This document shows positions 47,926-58,081 of a stretch of DNA of 64,000 nucleotides, piece by piece; positions within the stretch are counted from its first letter, which is position 1, and each line of letters opens with the position of its first letter. This stretch comes from Candidatus Bathyarchaeota archaeon (GTDB lineage: Archaea > Thermoproteota > Bathyarchaeia > Bathyarchaeales > Bathycorpusculaceae), in assembly GCA_963782525.1 (NCBI GenBank), contig CAWAKC010000007.1:288001-352000 (forward strand), in the 5' to 3' direction. The notes below the pieces were generated by a model. That model ran no database searches. It saw only the letters and a list, made by a program, of their open reading frames with translations, and was not told the origin of the DNA. Made by a program: the position numbers and the translations under genes.

Positions 47926-48189
47926 GTCTTAGATGTCTTTCAGAAACTTCAACAGGCAGTTAAAAAGGCTTTGGCAGCCCGCAACACAGCGTTTCAAATA
48001 ACTGTGGACCGCCAAAATGAACTTTGGACGGCGAAAACATGCAAGGAGTCCACACCTCCCCAGATTCGATCAAAGCGGTTAAAGTACCAGCCCCACATTC
48101 CACGACTAATTTCTTTAATCGAAAAATAAACAGGCGTTAGGAGGCCAGTCAAGATTACACATGCTGGTCTCTCAAAAAGTTTCTTTGGA

Positions 48190-49353
48190 ATGTTCAAAGA
48201 AACGGCTCTGGCATGTCTCTTCGACATCGGTGGCTTAATCGCCGGCTTCACGATTGCATTGCAACTGGGCGTTTTCCAGCTTTCGCCATGGGCAATAGCA
48301 CTCTACCCTGCAGTTGTAAGCGTGAAAGGCGTAATCACTGGTCTTTTAACTGGACGCTTAAGCACCGCACTGCATCTTGGAACCATTTACCCAAAATTCT
48401 TTGGAAATACAAGGATATTCTACAGGCTTCTTGGAGCCATGGTTGTTTTAACTCTGGCAACGAGCGGTACGATTAGCGCGATAGCGATGGTTTTTGGGAC
48501 TTTGTTTTGGGGTATGGCAATCAGTGATTTTGCAGCTGTCTTGACGGTTATGGTGGCGACGTTGTCTTTGGGGCTGCTTATAACTTTGATAACTGTGAAG
48601 TTCACGTTTATTTCTTTCAAGAACAGCTTAGATCCCGACACAATCGTTTACCCAGCCATCTCGACCGTGGCTGACATCATAATAACGTTCCTCTACATCG
48701 GAGTGTTGCACCTGTATTTTTCGGGGGCAATCGGTAGTTGGGCTCTAATCATTTTTGGGTTAATCAACGTGGTTCTAGTCCTAATAATCGTGCCACGCAA
48801 CATAAGGGACAGGGAATTTCTAAGAATAATTAAAGAATCTTTGCCGACCATGCTTTTAGTCGCTTTTATGGTAAACATAACAGGAACGGTTCTTAAGGGC
48901 ATAAGCAACCTTGCGGCTGGTCGAAGGGAAATCTATACTATTTACCCAGCCATAATCGACATGATGGGTGACGTTGGGTTAGTGGTGGGTTCAGCGGCAA
49001 CGACCAAACTTGCGTTAGGCGTCCTTACCCCATCACTGTTGTCGATAAAGAATCATGCTAAAAACATTTTTAGTGCTTGGACCGCGACCCTCATGCTCTT
49101 CGCTGTCTTGGGCTTCTTGTCTTTAGCATTAAACGGAATGTTGTCTACGCAGGGAGTTTTTAGTCTGTTACCGATACTTTTCGTTTCCAACGTAATTGCT
49201 TTTACCGCAATCGTGGTCGTCTCATATGCAATTTCCATATTAACTTTTAAAAGAGGCTTAGACCCCGACAACTTTGTCATTCCTGTCGAAAGTTCCATAG
49301 CTGACGCAATTACAACCATCGCATTGTTTGTTACATTGCTTTTAATATTGTAG
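48190..49353 (+). CDS. MgtE-family divalent cation transporter (two MgtE membrane domains)
   Basis: RLSTALHLG, LDPDT...TVAD, GLDPDN...SSIAD. Confidence 0.88.
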   Translation: MFKETALACLFDIGGLIAGFTIALQLGVFQLSPWAIALYPAVVSVKGVITGLLTGRLSTALHLGTIYPKFFGNTRIFYRLLGAMVVLTLATSGTISAIAMVFGTLFWGMAISDFAAVLTVMVATLSLGLLITLITVKFTFISFKNSLDPDTIVYPAISTVADIIITFLYIGVLHLYFSGAIGSWALIIFGLINVVLVLIIVPRNIRDREFLRIIKESLPTMLLVAFMVNITGTVLKGISNLAAGRREIYTIYPAIIDMMGDVGLVVGSAATTKLALGVLTPSLLSIKNHAKNIFSAWTATLMLFAVLGFLSLALNGMLSTQGVFSLLPILFVSNVIAFTAIVVVSYAISILTFKRGLDPDNFVIPVESSIADAITTIALFVTLLLIL

Positions 49354-49412
49354 CACAAAGCACAATTAAAATATCCTAGACCAAGCATCTTAAATGGTGG
49401 AGCACTCTTCAG

Positions 49413-50609
49413 TTGCCTCAATTCGAAAAAATAGTTTATAAACCCATTCCAGTCCGAGAACTTTTGCTCGAAATGAAAAATCTCTCGGAGTTAATGATTG
49501 ATTTAGCTTATTCAGCAGCCCTCTACAATGACAAGGACCTTGCAGAAGACGTACTTGCATTGGAGAGAAGGGTGGATTCTCTCTCCTACCTTTTAGACAT
49601 GGAGATTATGGTTGCTGCACGAGATGCAAAAGACGCAGAAGCATTAATCGGCGTCTCAATCGTTGCAGCATCTACCGATAAAATTTCAGATGCAGCCGCA
49701 GACATAGCAGCCATAGTTACTCGCAACATCGGCATTCACCCGATCATCGGAGAAATCTTCCAGAAAGTTGAAGAGCGCCTAATGAAAGTTACAGTTAAAC
49801 CAAACTCGGAAATCATCAAGAAAACAATCGAGGAACTTAATTTAGCGCAAAGAATGGGCGTCGATATCATTGCCATCCGCAGAAACCATGATTGGATTCT
49901 AAATCCTAAAGAAACCGAAACGGTGTTTCAGGGAGACATTTTAATCACTCGGGGAGCGCCATCGGGCATTGAAGAATTTAAAGGGTTAGCGGAAGGCAAA
50001 TTAGCGACGTTAGACACGGAAAAACGTGCTAAATTTGAAGAAATAGTTTCCAGGTTCGTGGAGCTGAAGGATACTTCAGAGTTGATGATAGATTTAGCAT
50101 ACTCCTCTTTGATGCTAAACAGTAAAGAGTTGGCTGAAGAGGTAGAGCAGCTTGAAGAACGCATGGATCAGTTACATACAGATTTTGAGTTGCTTGCATT
50201 AACAAGTGATTTTACGAAAGATGAGGCGTCAGGCTTTCTTGGGTTGATCAGGTTAGGAGTTGCGACGGAAAAGATTGCTGACGCAGCTGCGGATATGGCG
50301 GAAGTAGTTTTAAGAGGAATTGAACCCCACCCCATTTTGACACTGACAATTAAAGAGGCGGAAGAGACCGTTGCTCAAGCATGTGTAACTTTGGAGTCTC
50401 CACTGGTCGGCAAATCCCTAAAGGAAGCGCGTGTACATGAGGAAACTGGCATGTGGGTTTTAGTCATAAAGAGGAAAGATAGCTGCGTGCGTCCTCGTGG
50501 AGATTCAAAGATTGAGTCGGGAGATGTGTTGATTGCCTCAGGATACGCTGAGGGTGCTGATGCTTTAAAGAAGCTGGCATCTCCAACCCAAACATGCAAC
50601 GTTGAGTAA
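49413..50609 (+). CDS. Tandem (PhoU-like + TrkA-C) x2 regulatory protein
   Basis: Duplicated K(N/D)xSELMIDLAYS and RCK_C motifs (IIAIRR, GDILI; VLVIKR, GDVLI). Confidence 0.88.
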   Translation: MPQFEKIVYKPIPVRELLLEMKNLSELMIDLAYSAALYNDKDLAEDVLALERRVDSLSYLLDMEIMVAARDAKDAEALIGVSIVAASTDKISDAAADIAAIVTRNIGIHPIIGEIFQKVEERLMKVTVKPNSEIIKKTIEELNLAQRMGVDIIAIRRNHDWILNPKETETVFQGDILITRGAPSGIEEFKGLAEGKLATLDTEKRAKFEEIVSRFVELKDTSELMIDLAYSSLMLNSKELAEEVEQLEERMDQLHTDFELLALTSDFTKDEASGFLGLIRLGVATEKIADAAADMAEVVLRGIEPHPILTLTIKEAEETVAQACVTLESPLVGKSLKEARVHEETGMWVLVIKRKDSCVRPRGDSKIESGDVLIASGYAEGADALKKLASPTQTCNVE

Positions 50610-50706
50610 TTCATAATCTTTAGTTTAAATTCATCAATGCTATAAGGCAGCAGCCGCAATTGCTGTTCAAGCAGGTTTGCCATATAGAAGTGTGGGGAAT
50701 AAGAAA

Positions 50707-51048
50707 ATGCTAACATGCCAAAATAGCTCTTGCAAAAAAACCTTTGAAGCCCCATTAAAAACCCTGAATCTCCAGGCAGCCCCAACAGAAATCTTCAACG
50801 CTTGCCCCTATTGTTTAACTAAAATTAAAGAACCTGAAAAATCCCTTGAAATTCAACTTGAAAATCTGCAAGCAAAAGTAAACCAAGTAAGAACTAAAGA
50901 GACACCCGATAAAAATAACGATGATCCAATAAAATGCCATTTTCACCAAGGCTACTTAAGTGAAAGAACCTCGAAAGAGAATATTCCAGATGAATGTCTC
51001 GTTTGCAAGGACATACTGGAATGCATGCTTAGAAAAATGCGTGAATAA
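50707..51048 (+). CDS. Cys-rich hypothetical protein
   Basis: CxxxxC...CPYC and CHFH...CLVC...C clusters. Confidence 0.7.
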   Translation: MLTCQNSSCKKTFEAPLKTLNLQAAPTEIFNACPYCLTKIKEPEKSLEIQLENLQAKVNQVRTKETPDKNNDDPIKCHFHQGYLSERTSKENIPDECLVCKDILECMLRKMRE

Positions 51049-51115
51049 CAAACAATTTTTTGCTTTTATAAAAATAAAAAAACTGAAAAGAAAAATATGA
51101 GAAAAGAGTGAAAGT

Positions 51116-51481
51116 TTATTTCTTTTTCTTTGCTGCAGATTTTTCTTCGGCAGAAGCGTCAGGTGCTTTCATCGGTTCGGTTGCTTCAACTTTCGGCTCT
51201 TCTTTCTTTTCTTCCATTTCGGTTGTGATTTCTTCGATTGGTTTTGGCGGGGGTGTTGTTGCCATTGTCCAGCCTATCCATGCTCCGATGAACAGGATAG
51301 CTACGAAAGCGACAAAGACTGGGACAGCGATGAGCCAGAATCGGACATCTGCAGATGAGCCAATGTTAAGCCATGGTTGGATTAATTGTTGATAACCGAA
51401 TAGTGCAACTAAGTAAACTACAGCGACCACTACGCATACTAGTAATATTGCTCCACCTATTGCTTGATCTTTGCTAACCAT
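51116..51481 (-). CDS. Two-TM archaeal membrane protein
   Basis: SKDQAIG, WIGWTMATTPPPKPIEEI. Confidence 0.75.
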   Translation of the reverse strand: MVSKDQAIGGAILLVCVVVAVVYLVALFGYQQLIQPWLNIGSSADVRFWLIAVPVFVAFVAILFIGAWIGWTMATTPPPKPIEEITTEMEEKKEEPKVEATEPMKAPDASAEEKSAAKKKK

Positions 51482-51558
51482 TTAGTGATTCACCACTTTA
51501 TAGCCATGTATTCGCTTAATCAATTTAAAGTTTGTCATGAATTCAATCGCTCAATTGA

Positions 51559-52821
51559 TCAGGTTGTGCCCATTTCCCAAGTTGAAAGGTACTTTTTCTG
51601 TTCAGCGGTAAGCTCATCGATGGCAACACCCATAGACTTCAGTTTCAACTCGGCAACTTTTTCATCGATATCTTTTGGAACAGTGTAGACTTTAGTTTGG
51701 AGTTTGGCTGTTTTGGCTACGTACTCAGAGCATAGGGCTTGGTTTGCAAAGGACATATCCATAACTTCTGAGGGGTGACCTTCCGCAGCGGCGAGGTTAA
51801 CTAGTCTGCCTTCAGCGAGCAAGTAGAGTTTTCTGCCATCTCTTAAGCTGTACTCTTCCATGTTGGGACGCATCGTCCGTTTAGCCTTAGAGAGCGATTC
51901 CAAGTCTGGAATATTGATTTCAACGTTGAAATGACCGCTGTTGCACATAATAGCGCCGTCCTTCATTTTTTGCATGTGTTCCTTACGTATGACACTTATG
52001 TCTCCCGTCGCAGTAACGAATATGTCGCCGATGGGTGCCGCCTCAGCCATAGGCATAACACGGTAACCATCCATGACTGCTTCCAGAGCGCGGGTTGGTT
52101 GAACTTCTGTTACTATAACGTTTGCACCTAAGCCTTTTGCACGCATAGCTATACCTCTGCTGCACCAGCCATATCCGCCGACAACAAAGTTTTTGCCAGC
52201 AAGCAGAACCGAGGTTGCCCTCATAATACCATCAATGGTGCTTTGGCCTGTTCCATAGCGGTTATCAAAAAGATACTTTGTGTATGCGTCGTTGACTGCT
52301 ATGATGGGATATTTGAGGCTGCCATCCTGCTCCATAGCTTTTAGTCGGACTACACCTGTTGAGGTTTCTTCAGTTCCGCCTATGACGTCTTTAATTAGGT
52401 TTTGACGTTTGCTGTGAATCATACCAACAACGTCTGCACCGTCATCCATTGTAATGGTTGGTTTGTAATCGAGGACTTTGTCGATGCATTTGTAGTAGTC
52501 CTCTGTGTTTTGTCCTCTCCATGCGAACACATGTACGCCGCTATCTGCTAATGCTGCGGCAACGTCATCCTGGGTTGACAGTGGATTTGAACCGCATAAA
52601 GCGACTTTGGCGCCTCCAGCAATGAGTACGTTGATGAGTACCGCTGTTTCTTTGGTTACGTGGAGGCATGCAGCTAGGGTTTGGCCTTTGAGCGGTTTTT
52701 CTTTTTCAAAACGAGCTTTTATGATGTTTAAAACGGGCATGTGTTTTGATGCCCATTCGATTTGTAAGTGCCCTTGAGGTGCTAAACTTTTATCTTTAAC
52801 TTGGAAGTCTTCCATGAACAT
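51559..52821 (-). CDS. ahcY: S-adenosylhomocysteine hydrolase
   Basis: [40 protein letters not shown]. Confidence 0.98.
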   Translation of the reverse strand: MFMEDFQVKDKSLAPQGHLQIEWASKHMPVLNIIKARFEKEKPLKGQTLAACLHVTKETAVLINVLIAGGAKVALCGSNPLSTQDDVAAALADSGVHVFAWRGQNTEDYYKCIDKVLDYKPTITMDDGADVVGMIHSKRQNLIKDVIGGTEETSTGVVRLKAMEQDGSLKYPIIAVNDAYTKYLFDNRYGTGQSTIDGIMRATSVLLAGKNFVVGGYGWCSRGIAMRAKGLGANVIVTEVQPTRALEAVMDGYRVMPMAEAAPIGDIFVTATGDISVIRKEHMQKMKDGAIMCNSGHFNVEINIPDLESLSKAKRTMRPNMEEYSLRDGRKLYLLAEGRLVNLAAAEGHPSEVMDMSFANQALCSEYVAKTAKLQTKVYTVPKDIDEKVAELKLKSMGVAIDELTAEQKKYLSTWEMGTT

Positions 52822-52943
52822 TCCTTCTTTTTAGGAACATTGTGTTCTCAACCTATTTAGAATTTGCTTCGCTAAACACCTAAAGTGGCTACTCGAAAAA
52901 GATTAATTATCCAAAGCCCAAATCTACATGAGAGAGAATTCAA

Positions 52944-53549
52944 ATGAAGGAATCCTTTGCTACATTCATCAAAAAAGAATTAGAGCCAAGAACCCTGCTG
53001 ATAACATGCGGACTACCTGCAAGCTACAAAACAGAAACCGCTGAAGAAATTTCCAAAATCAAAGGGTACCCTATCCTACGCAGCGATTTAATCAGGTTAG
53101 AAGTGCTTAAGAACGAAGATATTTTCGACGCTAAAGTCGCTGGAAACATGAACAAACGATTATCAGTCTACGATGAAGTGTTCCGACGCGCAGACGAGCA
53201 AGCAGCAAAAAGCAAAGGTGGCTTAATCCTTGACGCAACTTTTGTCACCCAAGAACTACGCAGGCGAGCAGCTGAGATAGCAGCAAAAAACAACATGACC
53301 TTTGTCATCCTTCAAACCAGTTGTCCCCAAGAAGTTTCTCTTGCCAGAATAAGTAAGCGAACGAAGGAAAAGTACGAGTCAAATGCTCTAACCGAAGAAG
53401 CCTACCTTGCCAACAAAAACAAGTTTGAGCCAGTAGACATTTATGAACTAAAGAAAAAATATCCAACCCTCAAAGTCACCCACCTAACAGTTGATACCTG
53501 CCGCGACGAAACCGACCAATGGTTCGTAGTTGGCATAGAGAAAAGATGA
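52944..53549 (+). CDS. AAA_33 / COG0645-type P-loop kinase
   Basis: ITCGLPASYKT variant Walker A, RSDLIR, ILDATF. Confidence 0.85.
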   Translation: MKESFATFIKKELEPRTLLITCGLPASYKTETAEEISKIKGYPILRSDLIRLEVLKNEDIFDAKVAGNMNKRLSVYDEVFRRADEQAAKSKGGLILDATFVTQELRRRAAEIAAKNNMTFVILQTSCPQEVSLARISKRTKEKYESNALTEEAYLANKNKFEPVDIYELKKKYPTLKVTHLTVDTCRDETDQWFVVGIEKR

Positions 53550-53558
53550 GTAACCCAA

Positions 53559-54428
53559 ATGAAAATTGATTTACACATCCACTCTAATAGCTCAGACGGA
53601 AAATTCACTGTCCAAGAAATTTTACAAGAAGGCAAAGCCAGAGAAATCAATTTATTAGCGATTACAGACCACGATTCAATCGGCTGCCAAACCCAAGCCA
53701 CCACCGAAGCAAAAAAAGCAGGTATCAGATACGTTACGGGTGTGGAACTAAACGTAACTTTTTCACATCCCAAGTACAAGGAAGGCAAGTCGGTTTCGCT
53801 TGATTTCCTGGGTTACCAATTTGACCCAGACAACCAGGCGCTCCTAAGCAAACTGGAAACGATGGCTAAGTACCGACAGGATCGAGCAGCTAAAATCCTC
53901 GACAACCTCAACACTGAATTCAAAAAAGAGCAGATTCCAGCCTTAACCACAGACGATTTACGACAGATTGAGGAATCAGTTGACGGCGTTCTTGGCAGAC
54001 CCCACATAGCAGACTACTTGGTCAAGAAAGGAGTTGTCAAAACCCGCCAAGAAGCCTTCGACAAGTACCTTGTTAAATGTGACGCCCCAAAATATCCACT
54101 CTACCTCGAAGAAGCCTCAAAACTTATCCGAGAGGCAGGCGGAAAACTGGTTTTAGCCCATCCCAACGACCCTCATGGAACCTCTCTGGCAGCCTTAACT
54201 AAGGTCCTTAGCGAGCAAACGGAAATTGTTAAAGAAAAAATGTTTCCCTCAATTGACGGGATTGAATGTTGGCATTCAAGAAACACCCCCGAAACAACCA
54301 ACCACTATACAGCATTCGCAAGAGAGAACGGGTTAATAATGACTGGAGGAAGCGACTGCCACCAAAAACCAGTTCTCATGGGCACAATCCAGATTCCCGA
54401 TTGGGTAGCGGACCAATTCACAAAGTAG
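53559..54428 (+). CDS. PHP-family metallophosphoesterase (TrpH/YciV-like)
   Basis: DLHIHSNSSDG, ITDHD, GVE, GRPH, LAHP, GGSDCH. Confidence 0.93.
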   Translation: MKIDLHIHSNSSDGKFTVQEILQEGKAREINLLAITDHDSIGCQTQATTEAKKAGIRYVTGVELNVTFSHPKYKEGKSVSLDFLGYQFDPDNQALLSKLETMAKYRQDRAAKILDNLNTEFKKEQIPALTTDDLRQIEESVDGVLGRPHIADYLVKKGVVKTRQEAFDKYLVKCDAPKYPLYLEEASKLIREAGGKLVLAHPNDPHGTSLAALTKVLSEQTEIVKEKMFPSIDGIECWHSRNTPETTNHYTAFARENGLIMTGGSDCHQKPVLMGTIQIPDWVADQFTK

Positions 54429-54432
54429 CAGC

Positions 54433-55437
54433 CTAAAGGTTTTTTGCGTATTCAGCAGCTAAATTGAAATAGGCGTGGGCTTCTTTGGTTGCAGATGCTT
54501 TTTCTTGGGCGCTTATGTTTTGGTCGTCGAGTCTAAAGCTGACCACTTTTCCGCGTACATAAGCCCTGTAACACTTGTAGAAAGGCAGCAGTAGGGGCAG
54601 CGTCTTGTCTTTTGAATAAGCCAAGTACTGTTCTATAAAGTACTCTGCGAGATCTATTCTTCCCTGGAAATCCAAATCCATTGCTAAGAAAGCCACGTCG
54701 GCAGCGACGTCGGAGTATCGGAAGCGGTCGTTGAATTCTATGGCATCGAATATGCAGATTTTGTCAGTAATGAAGATGTTTCCTGAATGTAGATCGCCGT
54801 GGCAGTCTCGGATACGTTTGTCGGCTATTCGGCTTTCAAACAGAGCTGTGTTTTGGGTCATGAAGTTGTTGATTTTGGATTCGATGTATTGGAAGTCGAT
54901 TTGGGAGATGGTTTGGTTGAGGTATTTTGTTGTTTGGGAAAAGTTTTCGTCCCAGTTAGTCTTCACTATTTTGAGCGAACCGAACTGGCTGATTTCAAAG
55001 TTTGTCTGCGCTTTAGAATGGAACTTGGCAACTCTCTCTGCAATCGCATCGACCGTTTTTTTATCGACCTTATTCTCTTTGAGCAGGACGGTCATGATTC
55101 TTTCTTGAGGCAACCGCACCATCTTTAGGGCGTACTCGACAGTTACACCAGTGCCGCCAACTTTAATGGTGTCTGACTTAGTGATTGGAATAACTTCAAG
55201 ATATATTTCTGGGCAAAGCCGCCTATTGAGCTCCAACTCTTTTTCACAGAACAAATGTCTCTTGTCAAGGGTTGAAAAATCTAAGAAGCCGAAGTTAACG
55301 GCTTTCTTTACTTTGTAAACGTAATTTTCGGTTAAGAAGACAAAGGATATGTGGGTTTGGATGAGTTCAATTTTGCCCGGGTTTTGAGGATAAGCGTCTG
55401 AGGTTAGGAGAGCAGCTACTACTTGTTTTTGATCCAT
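54433..55437 (-). CDS. COG2187-type aminoglycoside-phosphotransferase-like protein, N-domain only
   Basis: QTHISFVFL, YKVKK, FLDFSTL, ELELNRRL, DCHGDLH, FDAIEFN, AFLAMDL. Confidence 0.9.
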   Translation of the reverse strand: MDQKQVVAALLTSDAYPQNPGKIELIQTHISFVFLTENYVYKVKKAVNFGFLDFSTLDKRHLFCEKELELNRRLCPEIYLEVIPITKSDTIKVGGTGVTVEYALKMVRLPQERIMTVLLKENKVDKKTVDAIAERVAKFHSKAQTNFEISQFGSLKIVKTNWDENFSQTTKYLNQTISQIDFQYIESKINNFMTQNTALFESRIADKRIRDCHGDLHSGNIFITDKICIFDAIEFNDRFRYSDVAADVAFLAMDLDFQGRIDLAEYFIEQYLAYSKDKTLPLLLPFYKCYRAYVRGKVVSFRLDDQNISAQEKASATKEAHAYFNLAAEYAKNL

Positions 55438-55453
55438 CAATCTTAGTTTTCCT

Positions 55454-56077
55454 CTACACATTCTGAATGTTTTTGACGTAATGTAGAACTTTGTCGGCTT
55501 GTTCCTTAGAAATGTGGTTGCCAATGTGGAGTGAGGCAACGATATCAGTGATTTTTGCCAGGGCATGTACGTGGTAGCCAAGTTTTTCCAGTTTCTCCTT
55601 ACCGCCATGTTCACGATTTACCACGACCAGCAGGTGCTTGACGTTGGCGCCTAATTCTACGAGGGGTTTTATTCCTTCAACTTTAGATATGCCTTCGCTT
55701 ATGACGTCATCGAAGAAAAGAATGTTGTCACCTTTGTTAACATCTGCCCCCGCTATCCTGCCTGTGACGCCGTATGCTTTCTCTTCTTTGCGCACAATAA
55801 CACATGGCAAATCCAATGTGCAGGCGATGCTGGGGACAATCAAAGCGCCCTTCAATTCGATGGAAGCTAACTTGTCTATTCGGTCAGTCGCCTTAATCTG
55901 TCTGATTTTTTCCGAGGCAGCGTCAGTTATTACGCAAAGGTGTTTTGGGGTAGATAGAACCCGTGCTAGGTCGATGTAGTAAGGGCTTGTGGCTCCTGAC
56001 TTGATTGTGAAGTTGCCAAACCTAAGGCACCCGGACAAGTAGAGGGCATCAGCCACTCTGTCGGTAATCGTTGACAT
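55454..56077 (-). CDS. pyrE: Orotate phosphoribosyltransferase
   Basis: FGNFTIKSGATSPYYID, RKEEKAYG, FFDDVISEG PRPP motif. Confidence 0.9.
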   Translation of the reverse strand: MSTITDRVADALYLSGCLRFGNFTIKSGATSPYYIDLARVLSTPKHLCVITDAASEKIRQIKATDRIDKLASIELKGALIVPSIACTLDLPCVIVRKEEKAYGVTGRIAGADVNKGDNILFFDDVISEGISKVEGIKPLVELGANVKHLLVVVNREHGGKEKLEKLGYHVHALAKITDIVASLHIGNHISKEQADKVLHYVKNIQNV

Positions 56078-56121
56078 GTAATATCCCTGATGTGAAATGT
56101 TACCTTGCAAATTTAACCCTT

Positions 56122-56176
56122 TACCAACCTATTTGGAGCCTAAGAGCGGTTCATTGCAGAAACCTATAGGGGGATG
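56122..56176. repeat. Dispersed ~55-bp intergenic repeat, copy 2
   Basis: Matches 33065-33120 in the same orientation. Confidence 0.65.
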
Positions 56177-56265
56177 TCACCATTGACAGCTTCTTGAGCC
56201 ATTAAAAGATAAAATATGAAAAAAGAAAAAAATTAAATGCGGAATGGTGGTTTTGATTGGAAGGA

Positions 56266-56598
56266 TTATTTCTTTGTAGGAACCATAAACCACTTCACAT
56301 TATCAAACCCATACTTGGTTACCAAGGGGTCGATGAAGTTTGGGGATAAGTCTTCATCATCGATTTCTGCGAAAACCACGGTATCGCCGATCCGGTAGAC
56401 GATACAGATGATTGTGACATCTTTTAGGGCAGCATATTTGCCCTTGATTTCCCAGTAGCCAGGTTCATCCCGACCAGCCTCAATAACCCAAGAATACTTG
56501 TCTTCAGGATGCTGACCCTGCATAAAATTGAAAGCGCAAACCACTTCCCCAACAGCTTTGGGGTCCTCGTTTGTTTTGACATAGAACCAAATCGTCAT
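56266..56598 (-). CDS. Hypothetical protein
   Basis: Clean ORF with protein-like composition; no motif recognised. Confidence 0.65.
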   Translation of the reverse strand: MTIWFYVKTNEDPKAVGEVVCAFNFMQGQHPEDKYSWVIEAGRDEPGYWEIKGKYAALKDVTIICIVYRIGDTVVFAEIDDEDLSPNFIDPLVTKYGFDNVKWFMVPTKK

Positions 56599-56648
56599 AA
56601 CTAACACCAATACTTACTGAGTTGGTTTCTGCCCTTAAATTGTTTTTT

Positions 56649-57269
56649 CTACACGCTAGCTTGAGCTTCTATGAGAGTTAAGGTTTCAAAGAAAGGAAGC
56701 TTGCGCTCTGCCTTCACAACTGCCTTAAGTCCCTGCGTATTAAACCCTCTGATGGTTTCTTCGACGCCGGTAAGCGTTGACTGCATCAAAAGAACCTGAC
56801 CATTCGGCTTTAGGTGCGGTGGAACTTCAAAGATAAAACCGTCAATAACTTCCCGCCCATTTGCGCCTCCTGCCCATGAACGCCCAATCCAAGATGCAAC
56901 CTCATACTCCTCAGAAGGCAAGTAAGGAGCGTTAAACAGAATTAAATTGAACTTTACATTTGGGTTTAGGGCTGTAAAAAGACTTGCTTGAACAAAACTC
57001 ATTTTGTTGCGTACGCCGTTGAGCGCTGAATTCTCTTTTGCACAACGGATAGCATAGGGGTTTAAGTCAATTGCCAACACGCTTGAGGCTTTTTTCGCCG
57101 CCAATATACCAAGCAAACCGCAGCCGGTGCCAACATCCAAAACAAGTTCGCCCTCTTTGACAGTGAGGTTCTCGGCGAAAAGAAAAGTGTCCTCTGCAGG
57201 CTCGTAAACGTCCTCATAAACATTGAAAACATGCTTATTGAAATGCACTCTTTTACGGTGGGAGGGCAT
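56649..57269 (-). CDS. HemK2/Mtq2-like release-factor glutamine methyltransferase
   Basis: VYEPAEDT, DVGTGCG, FNAPY, GGANGR. Confidence 0.92.
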   Translation of the reverse strand: MPSHRKRVHFNKHVFNVYEDVYEPAEDTFLFAENLTVKEGELVLDVGTGCGLLGILAAKKASSVLAIDLNPYAIRCAKENSALNGVRNKMSFVQASLFTALNPNVKFNLILFNAPYLPSEEYEVASWIGRSWAGGANGREVIDGFIFEVPPHLKPNGQVLLMQSTLTGVEETIRGFNTQGLKAVVKAERKLPFFETLTLIEAQASV

Positions 57270-58071
57270 TTGTTAATGCTCCAAAATCTTTGGGGGAGAG
57301 TTCCCTTGGACGCCTGTCATGGAAAGGCAGGGTAAGCGCCAATTTCTCCGCGTCCTGCTTATTCAACTTGAAATTGTCTCTTATTAAGGGTGCAATTGCT
57401 TTTCCTACTTTTTTGTTACGTTGAGTAAAGAGCCATTTTACTAACCGAATAAAAAAAGCCTGGTCCTTCACTTGGAAAGTTTTTTGGTTCCACGGTTTTA
57501 ATCTGACGATGGCTGAATCAACTTCGGGGTGAGGATAAAACATGGCTTTTGGCACAGCGTCTAAAAGCTCAACTTCAGCATTTTGGTGGGTGACAACTGT
57601 TAACCAACCGTACTCCTCGCTGCCCACGGAGGCAACGAGGCGGTCAACGAATTCTTTCTGCAGAATCAAAACTGCGCATTCAACTCTTCGGTCCAAAAGC
57701 CATAGGATTAAATTAGTAGACAAGTAGTAGGGTGGAATTGCTATGGCTTTGTTAAATTCCGGCAATTCAGCCTTCAAGACGTCGCCCTCAACCACCGTCA
57801 CGTTGCCAAGACACTTAACTTTTTCAAGCAACACTTTTGCAACTTGAGGGTCTTTCTCAACAGCTATTACACCTTGGCACTTATCGGCCAAAAAACGTGT
57901 TAGCCAACCGAAGCCTGCTCCAGCATCCAACACGACATCCGCCTTGCTGAGCGCTGCATAGTTGCATAATATAGGGTAGAGCGTTGGCTCAATCATGAAG
58001 TTTTGTCCTAGAAGCTTGTTGGGAGAAATTCGGTGGGTTCGAAGCAGCTGCTTCGTTTCCTCAAGATACAT
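57253..58071 (-). CDS. rsmA: 16S rRNA m6,2A dimethyltransferase KsgA/Dim1
   Basis: LGQNF, DAGAGFG, QKEF, YGWL, FYPHPEVDSA. Confidence 0.92.
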   Translation of the reverse strand: MYLEETKQLLRTHRISPNKLLGQNFMIEPTLYPILCNYAALSKADVVLDAGAGFGWLTRFLADKCQGVIAVEKDPQVAKVLLEKVKCLGNVTVVEGDVLKAELPEFNKAIAIPPYYLSTNLILWLLDRRVECAVLILQKEFVDRLVASVGSEEYGWLTVVTHQNAEVELLDAVPKAMFYPHPEVDSAIVRLKPWNQKTFQVKDQAFFIRLVKWLFTQRNKKVGKAIAPLIRDNFKLNKQDAEKLALTLPFHDRRPRELSPKDFGALTNALPP

Positions 58072-58081
58072 CTGCTGTGCC

